DNA of 62,883 bases, counting the filler, from Octopus bimaculoides (Eukaryota), in NCBI RefSeq assembly GCF_001194135.2. It is 9 parts of 9 records of this genome, joined end to end, with 100 filler letters (N's around TTAATTAATTAA, not from the genome) between each part and the next. Parts side by side here need not be neighbours in the genome. Positions count along the whole stretch, not along the records: positions 1 to 13,710 come from NC_068989.1; 8 more parts are not named here. One strand, 5' to 3'. Made by a program: the position numbers and the translations under genes. Shown here in pieces: positions 1-13,810 of this stretch; the stretch's first letter is position 1, and each line of letters opens with the position of its first letter. The notes beneath the pieces are model-generated. The model saw only the letters and a list, made by a program, of their open reading frames with translations, ran no database searches and was not told the origin of the DNA.

Positions 1-299
1 ATATATATATATATATATATATATACATATGCATACATATATATTCACATGTGTATATATATATATATATATTCACATGTAAATACACATTTGTGTACTT
101 GTGTGTATACATGTGTGCGTATGTGTATATGCGTGTGAATGCATGTGTGTGTTTGTGTGTGTGCTTGTGTTTATCATAAACTATTGCTCGATAAGCCTTG
201 TTTGTTTGCTTGTTTACGTTCCCATAACTTAGTTGTTTGTCAAGATAAGTACTGCAATCGATTTGTTCGACGAAACTCTTCATGGTGATGCTCAAGTAT

Positions 300-990
300 G
301 GCAGAAGAGAGACTCGTCCTCGGAGATCTGTATAGCTCGACGAAGACGTCCTGCAAATCCTGGTGGAACAAAATCCTGTCGTAACTGTTTATGAACTAGC
401 AGAGAAGCTTGGATTTGGTCATTCAACCATTCATCGATACCTGCGTGCCATCGGAAAAGTCAGCAAATTGAATCACTTGGTTCTTCACAAACATTCTGAG
501 TCTAATCGTGGAGTGAATGTGTGCTCTTTGTGGCTGTCATATCTCACGAATGAACCATTTTGGGACTGAATAGTGACTGGTGACGAGAAATGAATTCTCT
601 ATGAAAATGTCAAGCACCGAAGACAGTGGGTAGGGAAAGGAGAAATATCGGCAACCCAGGCTAAAGTAGTTATTCACCTACGTAAGGTGTTGTTCTCTGT
701 TTGAACTTTTAAACACAAACTAAACAATTACAATGGATATCTACTGCGAGGAGCCTGAGCGGCTTAGCCAGCGCTAGAAGAAAATTGACCATCTTTGGTT
801 TCAAGACGAAAGAAGTTCTTCCATCGGGGTAATGCTCGGCCATATACAGCGAGGATAACATTCCAAAGGCTGGAGCAGTTTAAATGGGAAACGATGCCCC
901 ACTCAGTATATTCGACAGACATCTCCCCACCTGATTATCATTTATTCTGCAGTCTTCAAACATTTGGATGAAAAAAATATGAATTCTGTA
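300..990 (+). pseudogene. Mariner transposase remnant
   Basis: ELAEKLGFGHSTIHRYL HTH, IVTGDEK, GNARPY and YSTDISPPDYHLF (degenerate YSPDLAPSDYHLF), with stops and frameshifts. Confidence 0.9.
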
Positions 991-1568
991 GTGAAGATTA
1001 CTCATGGGATGACCCAACATATATATATATATATATATATAATATAATATATACATATATAATATATACATATATANNNNNNNNNNNNNNNNNNNNNNNN
1101 NNNNNNNNNNNNNNNNNNNNNNNNNNNNNNNNNNNNNNNNNNNNNNNNNNNNNNNNNNNNNNNNNNNNNNNNNNNNNNNNNNNNNNNNNNNNNNNNNNNN
1201 NNNNNNNNNNNNNNNNNNNNNNNNNNNNNNNNNNNNNNNNNNNNNNNNNNNNNNNNNNNNNNNNNNNNNNNNNNNNNNNNNNNNNNNNNNNNNNNNNNNN
1301 NNNNNNNNNNNNNNNNNNNNNNNNNNNNNNNNNNNNNNNNNNNNNNNNNNNNNNNNNNNNNNNNNNNNNNNNNNNNNNNNNNNNNNNNNNNNNNNNNNNN
1401 NNNNNNNNNNNNNNNNNNNNNNNNNNNNNNNNNNNNNNNNNNNNNNNNNNNNNNNNNNNNNNNNNNNNNNNNNNNNNNNNNNNNNNNNNNNNNNNNNNNN
1501 NNNNNNNNNNNNNNNNNNNNNNNNNNNNNNNNNNNNNNNNNNNNNNNNNNNNNNNNNNNNNNNNNNNN

Positions 1569-1639
<71 letters not shown>

Positions 1640-2118
1640 AGTACCAGTGCACACTTACACGAGCAATTCCAAACATGTGTGTGTATGTCTGTATGTATGT
1701 ACGTATGTATGTATAGTCTGTTATGCATGCATATATATGGCACTGGATTATGTAGGCCATACATGATTCTATTCTTTCTTTTCTGTTTATATTTAAGTGC
1801 CTTCTTTACCGGTTATGAAGTAGCACAATTGCTGTGCTTATGATGCCTGTCGATGCGGAAACCCGTCCTACCAGCTATCATCTGCTTTTCAGATATTCAT
1901 ATTGTATCATCTTTCATGACAAGTCTCTCTTTGAGAAATTAACTACTCTTGAGATTATATTTCCTTTTTGATTGGAATTTGTCCCACCTGCCACAAAGTA
2001 ATTGGTCTGCCATCTCTGGACGGGAACATAATATCAATCAAGAATCTATCTTGTATGGTAATTGTTTACGTTTTATGCACGAATATATATATACATATGT
2101 GTGTATACATACATATAT

Positions 2119-2157
<39 letters not shown>

Positions 2158-2352
2158 TACATATATATANNNNNNNNNNNNNNNNNNNNNNNNNNNNNNN
2201 NNNNNNNNNNNNNNNNNNNNNNNNNNNNNNNNNNNNNNNNNNNNNNNNNNNNNNNNNNNNNNNNNNNNNNNNNNNNNNNNNNNNNNNNNNNNNNNNNNNN
2301 NNNNNNNNNNNNNNNNNNNNNNNNNNNNNNNNNNNNNNNNNNNNNNNNNNNN

Positions 2353-2409
<57 letters not shown>

Positions 2410-2711
2410 ATACATACATACATACATACATTTATACATATTTATATATGCACTCTATACATGCACACTGGCATAGACACAAATACACACATGCACACAC
2501 ACACATACATATATGTATGTGTGTATGTATGTATGTATGTATTCACTTATAAAACACTAGTTGGTCCGAGGCTATAGAAGCAGGCATTTACCCATGTTCC
2601 TGATCATTATAAAGTCCGTGTAGACCCCTAAATTTATAGTTCTATATTAATTTTTACTTTGTAATTTAGTTCTGAAATTGTGGAAATAAAAATAAAAAAA
2701 TTTTAACATAC

Positions 2712-2920
2712 GGCGGCGAGCTGGCAGAATTATTATGCACGCCGTGGCAAAATGATTAGCAGTATTTTTCTGCTTTTGTGTTCCGCGTTCAAATTCCGCC
2801 GAAGTCCACTTCGCTTATCATCCTTTTGGAGTCGATGAAATAAGTAACCGTTGACTACTGGGATCGATGTAATCGACTTAATCCTTCTAAATTGTTGGCC
2901 TCGTGCCAAAATTTGAAATC
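2712..2920 (+). mobile_element. tRNA-type SINE, family A
   Basis: ggcggcgagctggcagaa head, gttcaaattcc B box and central ccgccgaagtc...tcatccttttggagtcgat; many copies in the window. Confidence 0.8.
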
Positions 2921-4152
2921 AGTACTAATTTACCACATATCCACTTTCATTAGGTTTACGAAGATTGATTACATTATGGATATCAAAAACACGTTATTTT
3001 CTTAAACCCATTAGTTATCCTAACCCGGAAGGCAACTGAGGAGCGAGATTCCAGTGAATAAGATTTACATGTCACCACAAATTAATGACGGTGTAATTAT
3101 TCATTCTGTTAATTAACAGATAATTGTAATTTTTTTTCCATTTTCAACAATACGAAAAATGCTTCAGGTCCCTAAATGTTCTTCAGAAATTAATTCACAA
3201 AGAGAAATGAAATTGTAAGCATTTTGAAATTAATGTTTCATACTGCTCAAGGATTTGTAATGACTCCGTACATGTGTACATCCATGTAAGAGAAAAATCA
3301 CATTAACTGAAAAGTTTTAATTCAAAAAAAGTATTTGTATGGCAAAAAGGTTTTATTGTATAAAGTATAGTATATATTGAAGCCAAAACAGATTTTGCAG
3401 TAGAGGAAGAATCATGTCTAAAGCACACAAATTCAAATTGAACCAAATCATAAGGTGATGGATCAGTTGCCTTTTGCTATATATAGCAGTTATTTATGTT
3501 ATCAAGTAGTGAAGAAGGATATGCGTTTTATAAGGAACGATAAAAATCATGAAATAGTCTGTCTGAAGCGTCCCATGAGCATTTTTTGTGCGCATCGGAA
3601 GCATAGAAGGAATGTGCTTACATTCTCGTATAGTTTTTCATGACAGGTAATGATATTACAATATTTAAATTTATCTAATTATCTCTGATTTACGCTTTTC
3701 TGCGTATCACCACATGATAATAAACGTAAAGTTCCTTGGTTGGCGGATTTCTCAAGTTAAACTTTACCTCGTAGAGAGAGGGACGTAGGAGAATAAAAGA
3801 AAGATACAGAGAGAATTAGAATAAGAAGGGCAGGATGAGTGCTTGGTGGAAGGCAACAAGTAAAAGAAAGCTACACACACAGCAAGGAGGAAAGGCAGAT
3901 AAATAAGTAAATGAATGCATGAAATGAACGGTGTGAATTAGGTTATGTGACATCAAAAATTTAAACTATTTGAATAGTATATGCATATATGCTTGTAGTG
4001 TATATAACTCGGCCTGAATATTGTTCAGGAAAATATTTATTTAATTTATTCAATAGTTTATATTCAAAAAGTAAAAATAAGATTCACCACAAAATCTTAG
4101 GAAGGTCGTGTGCGCGCACGTGTATGTACAAACATATATATGTATATGTGTG

Positions 4153-4205
<53 letters not shown>

Positions 4206-4340
4206 NNNNNNNNNNNNNNNNNNNNNNNNNNNNNNNNNNNNNNNNNNNNNNNNNNNNNNNNNNNNNNNNNNNNNNNNNNNNNNNNNNNNNNNNNNNNNNN
4301 NNNNNNNNNNNATATATATACATATATATATATGTATGTA

Positions 4341-4414
<74 letters not shown>

Positions 4415-4479
4415 TATATATATATATATATACATTGGATGTCTACTCTTTAGACAAGCATGACCATCGCTGACATAAG

Positions 4480-5260
4480 TGTCACTCTTGCTAGCAAAAG
4501 CAAGCGAAGTGCGAGATATCCGGATCAGCAGAGCGGCAGGTTTTATATATGAGTTAGCCTATTCTTCCACCAGTTCTTATCATGGGGCAAGTCCAGGTTT
4601 TTGCAAATTACCCAGTGAATATATTGTTCAGCTCTATCATGCCTGTTGATAGGCGCAAGAATAGTGCATATGGAGGCAACATGATCAATGATCTCATTTT
4701 GTTATTCACATGCACGACATATTGGGGAGCTGCCGTTCTTTAATATGTTGGCCGGTAGTTCCTTGTAGGTAGGCTTTGATCTTGGGCTGCTATGATAAAC
4801 CCTTCTGTTTCTTATTGTAAGCCAGAAGCCATTAGCCATTTATGGGTAAGGATTTTTTCAATATCGGTATTATTCGCTCTCTTTGGGTATTTGCCATTGA
4901 GAGGATTCTCTTGCCAGTTATCAGTCAGAATATAAGGAAGCAGTTTTAGCACGGGTTTTCATGCGCTTAGCTTTTTCTGTATGTCTAATTCCGGAATTTG
5001 TTGTATTTGGAATTCACTAAAGATATTCCTTTGCCTGTTTTGTTGCTGAATATGATGTTTTCTTGTTTCCTGTTTTGCGACAAGCTTTAACATCCAGTCC
5101 TCAGAGTTTTTGAGGTAGGTGTCTAGGCCAATTGCGGAAATCTTCATTGTTAATGCCAGTTGTAAAAGTCAACGTCCTCCCTCTTTTCTTAGCAGATAAA
5201 ATCGTTCTATATCTGCCTTAGGGTGGTGCATTCAATGCATTGTGGATAATTTTCGTATTT
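4480..5260 (-). mobile_element. Dong/R4-type (RLE) LINE fragment 1
   Basis: The minus strand gives HPKADIERFYLLRKEGGR and ETEGFIIAAQDQSLPTRNY, which match R4/Dong post-RT motifs; degenerate. Confidence 0.8.
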
Positions 5261-5330
5261 TTCTGTCAAGATTACATATTTCAGTAATTAACCAGTTAAT
5301 GATATTATTATTATTATTATTATTATTATT

Positions 5331-5522
<192 letters not shown>

Positions 5523-5523
5523 G

Positions 5524-7066
5524 CCTTTGCACAGCTTCTAACGCTGGAGATGTACTACGGTGTCAGTTGTTCACTGCCAGTGAACTAAGGTAACACCTCT
5601 TATTTTTCGACCACCTTCCGGAGTATTCTAGCGGTTCCAAGCAGTGCTGTTTTCTGCAAGTGCTCTACTCTTATTGCAGTCTCTATTTGTTCCACGTATT
5701 TCTCAAGATTTTTACTCAATGTTTCCAGGACTCCGACAATTATTGGTACTACTACCACCTTTTTCATCGACCACAACTGCTTAACCTCCCAAGATAACCT
5801 GTCATATCTCTCGACTTTTCTTTCTTCCTTATCGTATACCTTGTTGTCAGCTGGGCATGCTATATCTGTGATCCAGCATAGTTTGCTTTGTTTCTCAATT
5901 AAGATTATGTCTGGCTTCCTATTCTCTATCTCATGGTCGCACTGAATCATAAAATCCCATAGGATCTTTACATTTCTATTTTAGACGATGCCTTCAGGTT
6001 TGTGGTCGTACCAATCTTTTGCTCAGTCAAGTCCATACTTGTTGCAAATTGTCTAATGGACAAGCCTGGCTATATTGTCGTGATGTATCTGGTATTCCTT
6101 CTGGGCTAGTGGCGTACATTGGCTGGTAATATGCCATACAGTTTCACCGTTTTGTCCACAGATTGTGCACTTATCACTTTCTGCTGTGTTATCTATTCTG
6201 TATTTTATGTAGTTTGTTCTTGGGCAACACAGATTAGAGCCTCCACTTCCGGTTCTACATCACTTTTAGTCCTCCGCAGTCATATGTTTTCTCTGTCTCT
6301 CTTATCTTCAACATCCCTATTGAAATTGTCGATGCATTCTTTTCTTTACCCGCCTATTTTCAGTTTCATGCGTTCCTAATTTCTTGTATAGTGCCTTATC
6401 TTTGCAATCTTTCATCGTACACAAGCCTGACCTTCTTACTGCTAATAATAGCGGTTCTGTGGAATTTTTATATACCATGCTATGCTGCTTTCTTCTGCTC
6501 TAATGCTGTTTTCGCATTCAATATGTCCACTTCCGCCTCTTTTGCTTGGTACATACAGTCTGCGTCAATTTTGGGTGGCGGGACTCATATCTAGTTTGCA
6601 ACTTCCTTGTCTTTTTGTCTAAGCTGTTTAGTTCATATACTGTCCATGCGATTACCCCTGCTCCATATCTAAGGAGTGAAACCGCCCAGGTGTTGATAGT
6701 GTCGATTTTATTCTGTCCGTTTAATTTCGACTTAAGGATCAGTCTCAGTCTGCGAAAGTACTCCACTTTAAATTTCTCTGTCATTTCTTTCTCCATCAAT
6801 TCAGCCATTTCCAAAATCCCCAAGTACTTATAGCCCGTCTCTTCCATCTGCTTCATAATCTCCCCCGACGGTATCGTTAGCCCGTCCATACATTTGATTT
6901 TGCTTCTCTTCAAGACTAATACACCACACTTTCTCTGTCCGAACTCCATTCTGATATCAGCATTGAAGATATACACCATATCAACGAGGGAACTGACTTG
7001 GGCTTCATCTTTACCATAAAGTTTGAGGTTGACTTTGTGTTGGCGGCTTTTGAATATATACCCAGC
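5524..7066 (-). mobile_element. Dong/R4-type LINE fragment 2 (end of RT, RLE endonuclease, 3' UTR)
   Basis: YKYLGI, NKIDTINTWAVSLLRYGAG, RKPDIILIEK..DIACP (PD..D nuclease) and LQKTALLGTARILRKV. Flanked by (TTA)n tracts at 5461-5523 and 7067-7140. Confidence 0.9.
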
Positions 7067-7140
<74 letters not shown>

Positions 7141-7876
7141 GTTCAGTAGTTTTATTTTTATAACGTGCTTTCACTTCACTACCGAGCGCAGCTCTGTGCG
7201 CCTTGGGTATGTGCTGTGGTTTGCTGTGGTGCTCTTATGTTTACTGTATTGAAAGTGTTTTGCATAGAATATGTGCAGTACCCAGTAGTGCAATTTTCTG
7301 TATGTTATATATATTTGTAAGTCCTGGTGTTTTTGTTATGTATTTGTCTGAATATTTTTTTTATTATACCTAAGACACCTACTANNNNNNNNNNNNNNNN
7401 NNNNNNNNNNNNNNNNNNNNNNNNNNNNNNNNNNNNNNNNNNNNNNNNNNNNNNNNNNNNNNNNNNNNNNNNNNNNNNNNNNNNNNNNNNNNNNNNNNNN
7501 NNNNNNNNNNNNNAGTCTTTCCATTTCTTTTAGAGAAACGTTGTCATCTGCTGGTAATGATACATCAATTAGAAAGCATTTTTTGTCTTCATGATCTTTG
7601 ACAACTATATCTGGTCTATTTCCCTTAATTTCTCTATCTGTGTGTATTGGCATATCCCAGAGTATGGTTGCTTTCTCGTTTTCTGTGACCTTTTCTGGCG
7701 TGTGTTTATACCATCTTTTTTCTGTTGTTATTACATAGTGTTGGCATAGCTTCCAGTGTATATAGGTCCCAGCTCTGTCGTGTCTGTGAATATATTCCTT
7801 CTTAGCCAGGACTGGGCAGTCAGAGATAATATGATTTATTGTTTCTTGTCCATCTCCACATATTCTACAGTTACTT
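7141..7876 (-). mobile_element. Dong/R4-type LINE fragment 3 (CCHC knuckle, RLE, 3' UTR)
   Basis: CRICGDGQETINHIISDC..RHD, NRPDIVV..LIDVSLP and KIALLGTAHIL; a TAA tract on each side. Confidence 0.9.
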
Positions 7877-7912
7877 GTTATTATTATAATTATTATTATT
7901 ATTATTATCATT

Positions 7913-8430
7913 ATCTGACACGTGTCTCATACCCAAATCTTTAGTGATAATGGACTGAACTGAACCGTAACTAATCTGCACATACTCTGATAACTCACGG
8001 ATGGTGATTCAACGATTTCCCCTCACAATTGTACGTACATCTGCGATGTTTTTTTCAGTTCTGCTGGTTGCGGGTCTCCCAAAACGTTCGTCAATATCGA
8101 TATTTTTTCGGCCATCTTGGAAACGTCTGAACCACTCGTACACTTGTGAGCAACTCATACACTCCCCTCCATACATTTCTGCAAAGTTGTGTAGGCCTCT
8201 GTACTGGTATCGCTATGACAACTTTCTCGGTCATGTTCAATGCGTCGATCACACGCTACACACCTTCCTTTCAAACACTGCTGTAAACAGCGAAAGTGCG
8301 TTAGAATGTTTAAACTTAGTGCGTATGAATAATAGAGTTCAAAGTCAATCTTTACCCAACAGCTTTAATCTGCGTGCTTTAGCTTCGTTACTATGACAAC
8401 AATCCGGATAATTATTGATCAGACCTCGTA
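7913..8430 (-). mobile_element. Mariner 5' part with terminal inverted repeat
   Basis: TIR tacgaggtctgatcaataa ends at 8430. N-terminal HTH: QVYEWFRRFQDGRKNIDIDERFGRP..ITIRELS. Confidence 0.85.
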
Positions 8431-10449
8431 CACTATTTAGTACCAAGTTGACTCAACTCCATACAACTTAAGGATCTGTACGCTCGTAGCACGGACCTAT
8501 CTCGTCAGGAAACAGGAGAAGCGTGAAGGGATATGAGATAAACTCGAGACCTTAGGTCTTTATTAATTAACCCCATTTGTGTTATCGGTCTGAAAATGAT
8601 ATCATTTCTTTTTTTTTTGTTTCTTCTTAGCTGCTGTATGGTGTATTTAGCGACATCATCTCATTGTATTTGATGACACAGATGACGGGGTCAGAGTGTT
8701 GTCGCAGATTAATTGCTAGGTGGACTACCCGTAGAGAACTAACGAATAATTGGCAACAGACGTTCTGTGGGAGCAACCAGATTTGGTGGGGTTGGAGAAA
8801 CTTTGGTGGGGATGAAGAAACTTTGGTGGTGCTAGATTAAAAAATTGAGGCCAGATACTTAACATCTATACGAGCGGAAGGGGTTAAATATTATGCCCTA
8901 ATGTATAGAGCAGCCGAGCTTAAGTTGATATCTGGATTGTCGGCTGCCAGTGGCTTGAATTTCATTAACAGGTTGTAGCTCTGGCTGCAATAATAAAATA
9001 GTTCATTCTTCCTCTTAATCGATAGTCAATGTGCTGGAATATGTGAAGTTTCGTGGAAATAGAATTAGCAACTGCGAGTTCCAGTTAACCATTGCAAGGA
9101 ACGTAGGCCTCTCATTGCTATGTATGTATGTATGTATGTATGTATGTATGTATGTATGTATATGCTTATGTATGTATGTATGTATACATGTGTGTTTGCA
9201 TGCATTTGTGTAGATGTATGTGTATATAGTAAAAAATGTATGTAAGCCATTAGCTCTTAATACAATTCCATTAATTTCAATGGAATTGTTATTCTCACTG
9301 CAATTCTTAAATAATAAAAAAAAGCGAAACTGCTTCTAGTTTCCAGTCACTGAGACACAGATTCCACAACCTGATCTGAAGGATTGATAAGGCCGTGCAT
9401 TAATGCAATGAGAACCATTTGCAAAACACTTCACTGTTTAAAACTTAGCGTCCGAATTATCAACTTTTCTTCTTTTTTTTCTTTCTTTTTTTTCTCTGGT
9501 AACCATCTATGAAATTTAAAGTAATGAAATTTTGAAATTAGCAGTTGACAATTATTTCAACTCCATGAACTGTGTTGTGTTCTTTTCTTTCGTTTCTAAT
9601 CTAATTTTGTAAACTTTCTATACTTGATGAGCTCTACCTAGTGATGAAGAACAGTATTCAAGGAAGCAAATACTTCTTCATTTACTAAAGAATGTCACAT
9701 GTCTTATTGAGTATAATTAAATGGATGTGCTAAAAAACTGAGTCTTTCAAGAAAATTACGAGAGATGTATTGGCAGATAAATTTGGCTCAAGTCACGGAA
9801 GCCCTTCCTTTAGTTAAATAACCTCTAGGACTATAAAGCGAAGTCTGTTAACTCGGTTAAAAGATAAGATTCGAGCACCCATCCAATATTTTTGTAAACA
9901 CTTACTTAATACCCAAAAGTGTACGTAAAGCAATTGCTTAAAGATTATCTTGCTGATAAACAACGAAATTATGTTCACCAAAAGAATAAACACTGCTAAT
10001 CCAACAGATGCCTATCAAACAACATTCACAACGTATGCAAGAAAACTAACATAGCAACATACAAATGACATAGATACTGGAGAGAAGTACCTTTCTTAAG
10101 TTCCTTTCTTAAAGTTAAAAGTCTCCGTGAATCGCCTTACTTTGCGATACAACTACATAACCTTTAAGGAATGGAGATGTATAGTTTGAACATTTAGTTC
10201 ACCTTGAATTTTATTTCAATAGAGAAATCTACTTCCTAGCCTTTGAACATTTTTTCAAACAACATATCTCTCTCTATTTCTCCTTATTTGTTCTCTATTT
10301 ATTATTCCTTTACCTCTTCTCTTCCTATGGTCTACCATTGACGTCAGATCTACTAAAGGTTATTTAAAAATACTTAATAGCGTTCTGTTTATCATTTATG
10401 CAGTCATCAAAATTGTTATAATTTCTTGTTGTTGAGATGGGTTCTCTTT

Positions 10450-10535
10450 CTTTCCTGATGAGAAGATTACATTATTTTACACCGTTTATTCCTTTGGAAT
10501 AAAACCAATGTTGTATTCGAAACATATGTCGAAAG
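10450..10535 (+). ncRNA. Type I hammerhead ribozyme fold, canonical core
   Basis: Helix I ctttc/gaaag, CTGATGA 10455-10461, long imperfect stem II, GAAA 10519-10522, palindromic helix III ACATATGT and GUC cleavage triplet ending 10530. Paired by hand. Confidence 0.8.
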
Positions 10536-10732
10536 TAAAAGAATTTGAATAACATTTGCATTCAACTCCATTTATTTACTTATACTATACAAATTACTGC
10601 ACATTAACCCGGAGTTTCTACATTTGAATAGGTCGCTACATCCTTGTTACTTGGCGTGAATTTTGCTACCCTGGTAACTGTTTATTGAATTTTCCGTGTT
10701 AACTGTAAACTAAGGATAATTCATTCATCCAT

Positions 10733-10769
<37 letters not shown>

Positions 10770-10797
10770 TGTATGTATGTATGTATGTATGTATGTT

Positions 10798-10837
<40 letters not shown>

Positions 10838-10985
10838 ATCTTTTTTTTTTCATTCGCAAAATATGCCTTTGTAGAAGACAGTAAAAAATCTGAAAATTGT
10901 CTATAATGTAGTATTCCAATCTCATTGCTTTCAAGGTATCATGTTGTGGAGAAAAAAGATCGGAGAAAAAAGATACAGAGGTTTA

Positions 10986-11736
10986 AAAATCGAAAAAAAC
11001 TGGGTATTTTTAGCCAATAGCGAGACAGAAATTTTCTCCGTTTGGCGGAGCGCGGTCAAATTTAAGGTTGTGCCATGTGAAATGTAGCGTCTGACCTGTT
11101 TATTGTAGGTTTGTAAATGAACAGAAATACCTAGTTTCAATATAGGTTTGTAAACAAACAGAAATACCTAATAAAATCAACATGTATTATCTAGACGGAG
11201 TCTTTCTCATTTATTGATTGTGTTTTTTTATGTTTTTTAATATGTAATATTAATATATCTGTCTGCATGTGTTTACTTTATGCGTAGTTCAGTATTATGC
11301 ATACCTGCCAAGTATTTATGTACATCATTAATATAAAAGTGTGTGTGTGTGTGAAAAGAGGGCGTCTGTCTCCAAATCTCCAAAGTTAAGTAACGTTTTT
11401 ATGCTTGGATCTTTAAACTACGATAAGAATACATACAGAAAATGCACAGCAAAATACTAACACACAGAAGCACAGAAAATATGTAATATACTAATACAGA
11501 AACACTAAAACAAAATACGCGGGTGAAAAGAATCTCGTGGTGTGAAGACTCAACTGTAAAAATCAAGATAGAACAACTTTCGTTACAGACAACAGTGAAG
11601 TGAACCACGAAGTCGCAGACAACAGTGAGACAACAGTGAAGTGAACCACAATACTGCGTCCTGTTGTCATGGTAACAAACTGGTAACGCCACGCTGTTTG
11701 TTGATTGGCTAAAATTACCCAAATTTCCCGACTTTA
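10986..11736. mobile_element. Probable old non-autonomous DNA transposon with degenerate TIRs
   Basis: gggtatttttagccaat (11002-11018) matches the reverse complement of 11704-11720 at 16/17, with weaker similarity outward and TTAA at both outer edges. Confidence 0.45.
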
Positions 11737-12429
11737 ATTCCAAATAGTATCAGATTCTTTAATTTACGAGATAAAGTAATTGTTTGATCGTAATCTAAAT
11801 TCAGAGTTGTATTGATACACCAACAATGAAAGCAATCTGAGCAAAATTAAGTGGTGTTGATTTTGCGAATGAGAAAGACAAGATCCTATTTCCTTTTACC
11901 TAAGCTATTACATCTGTTTATTTGCTACACTCTAATCATAACTTCATTTCCCATTGGTAAAATTATTTATTGATAACGATGATACAGAAGACAAAAAAAT
12001 AAAAGTAATTGGTTGCCCACAAATCTCATCAAAAATATGGTTTCTATATATCTGCATCCATAGATATATCAAAAAGTTCCCACAGGATATAAAATTTAAA
12101 AGAATCGTTCCTTGAAACAAATTGGAATTGAGAATAAGTGACATACATTTTTTGTGATTATCTGAAAATATTGTATAATGACTTTGAAGGAGAATTGTTT
12201 CTATATTCGAGAAGCCATTTTTGTACACATCAGTGAATTTGATTTTAGTCGAATTGGCTGCTATTTTGAGCGTATCGAGTGAGCACGTTATAGTCCTCAA
12301 TCGGATACTCATGGCAATAATGCTTAGTATGGATGATGATAGTAATTACATTTGTTAATATTGGTTATAATAATTGTAATGATACTTTATAATAAAGACA
12401 CAAGCACTGACATATGAGGGAAAGGAGCA

Positions 12430-13148
12430 ATTGATTTACATTTACATCGAGTCTAGTACTTGACTGGTATTTATTTTATCAATACCGAAAGGATGAAAGG
12501 CAAAATCGACCCTGGTGGGATTTAAGCTCTGAACATTAATAATATTTTTAATATTGGTTTCAAAGTTTGGAACAAGGCCAAAAATATCGGGGGAGTGGTT
12601 AAGTTGATTAGATTGATCCCAGTGCTCAACTGGTACTTATTTTATCCACCTCGAATGGATGAAAAGTAAAGTCGACCTCGGTGGAATTCGATCTCAAAAC
12701 GTAAAGACGGACGAAACACCGCTAAGAATTTTGCCCTATGTTCTAGCGATTCTGCCAGCTCGTCGCCTTTAATAGTCCTAATACTGATATCTAATGTAGG
12801 CACAAAGCCTTAACAATGAGGAAGGAATATAGAAGATAGGATCGATTCCACACCTGGTATCTAATTTATCGATCAAATGATGAAAGGTGAAAACGATCTC
12901 GATGGAGACTGAACTCAGAACCTAATGATATTATTCTTTTCTATTCAAGGCACAAGGCCCGAAATTTTGGGGGAAGGGTCAGTCGATTAGATCGACTACA
13001 GGACGCAACTGGTGCTTAATTTATCGAACCCCGGAAGGATGAAAGGCAAAGTCGACCACGGCAGAATTTGAACTCAGAACATGAAGACGGACGAAATACT
13101 GCTAAGCATTTCTCCCAGTATGCTAACGTTTCTGCCAGCTCGCCGCCT
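12430..13148 (-). mobile_element. Head-to-tail cluster of four family A SINE copies/fragments
   Basis: gaaaggatgaaaggcaaagtcgacc-like cores repeat about 200 bp apart; heads at about 12770 and 13148. Confidence 0.8.
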
Positions 13149-13214
13149 TAACATAATGATATTATTAATCTTTTACTGTAGGATATCATTTATCTTTTCC
13201 TCGTTTTAGTTATA

Positions 13215-13630
13215 GAAATGCGGCCATATTGGAGCACTGCCCTGAAGTGATCAGCTGAACAAATTCAGAGTAGTACTTGTTTTCAAAGCCTGGTACTTAG
13301 TCTATCGGTTGTCTTTGATTGCACCGCTAAGTTTGGGGCCTAAACAAACCAACACTAGGTGTCAAGTAGTGGTGGAAAACAAACACAGATACACACACAT
13401 TATATACTTTTATATAAGATTCTTTTATTCTTTTATCCTTTTTTTTTTACTTGTTTCAGTCATTTGACTGCGACCATGCAGGAGAACCGCCTTAACCAAA
13501 CAAATTGACTTATACATTGTAAACCTAGTACTTATTCTATCAGTAACTTTTACAAAACCGCTAAGCTATGGGGACATAAACACACCAGCATCGGTTGTTA
13601 AACGATGGTGGGGGTACAAACGTAAACATA
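13215..13630 (-). mobile_element. Two 3' tails of SINE family B
   Basis: Reverse complement of the tail seen at 15840-16019 (ccgctaag..taaacacaccagcatcggttg; cttgtttcagtcatttgactg). Confidence 0.7.
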
Positions 13631-13659
13631 CAAATACATACATACCTACATATATATGC

Positions 13660-13710
<51 letters not shown>

Positions 13711-13810
13711 NNNNNNNNNNNNNNNNNNNNNNNNNNNNNNNNNNNNNNNNNNNNTTAATTAATTAANNNNNNNNNNNNNNNNNNNNNNNNNNNNNNNNNN
13801 NNNNNNNNNN

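Noticed and set aside
8480-8515. CTGACGA on the minus strand with a partial stem
   Set aside because: No GAAA or matching helix I.
11944-12312. 122-aa minus-strand ORF as a possible protocadherin tail exon
   Set aside because: No recognisable motif, AT-rich non-coding composition and no convincing splice sites.
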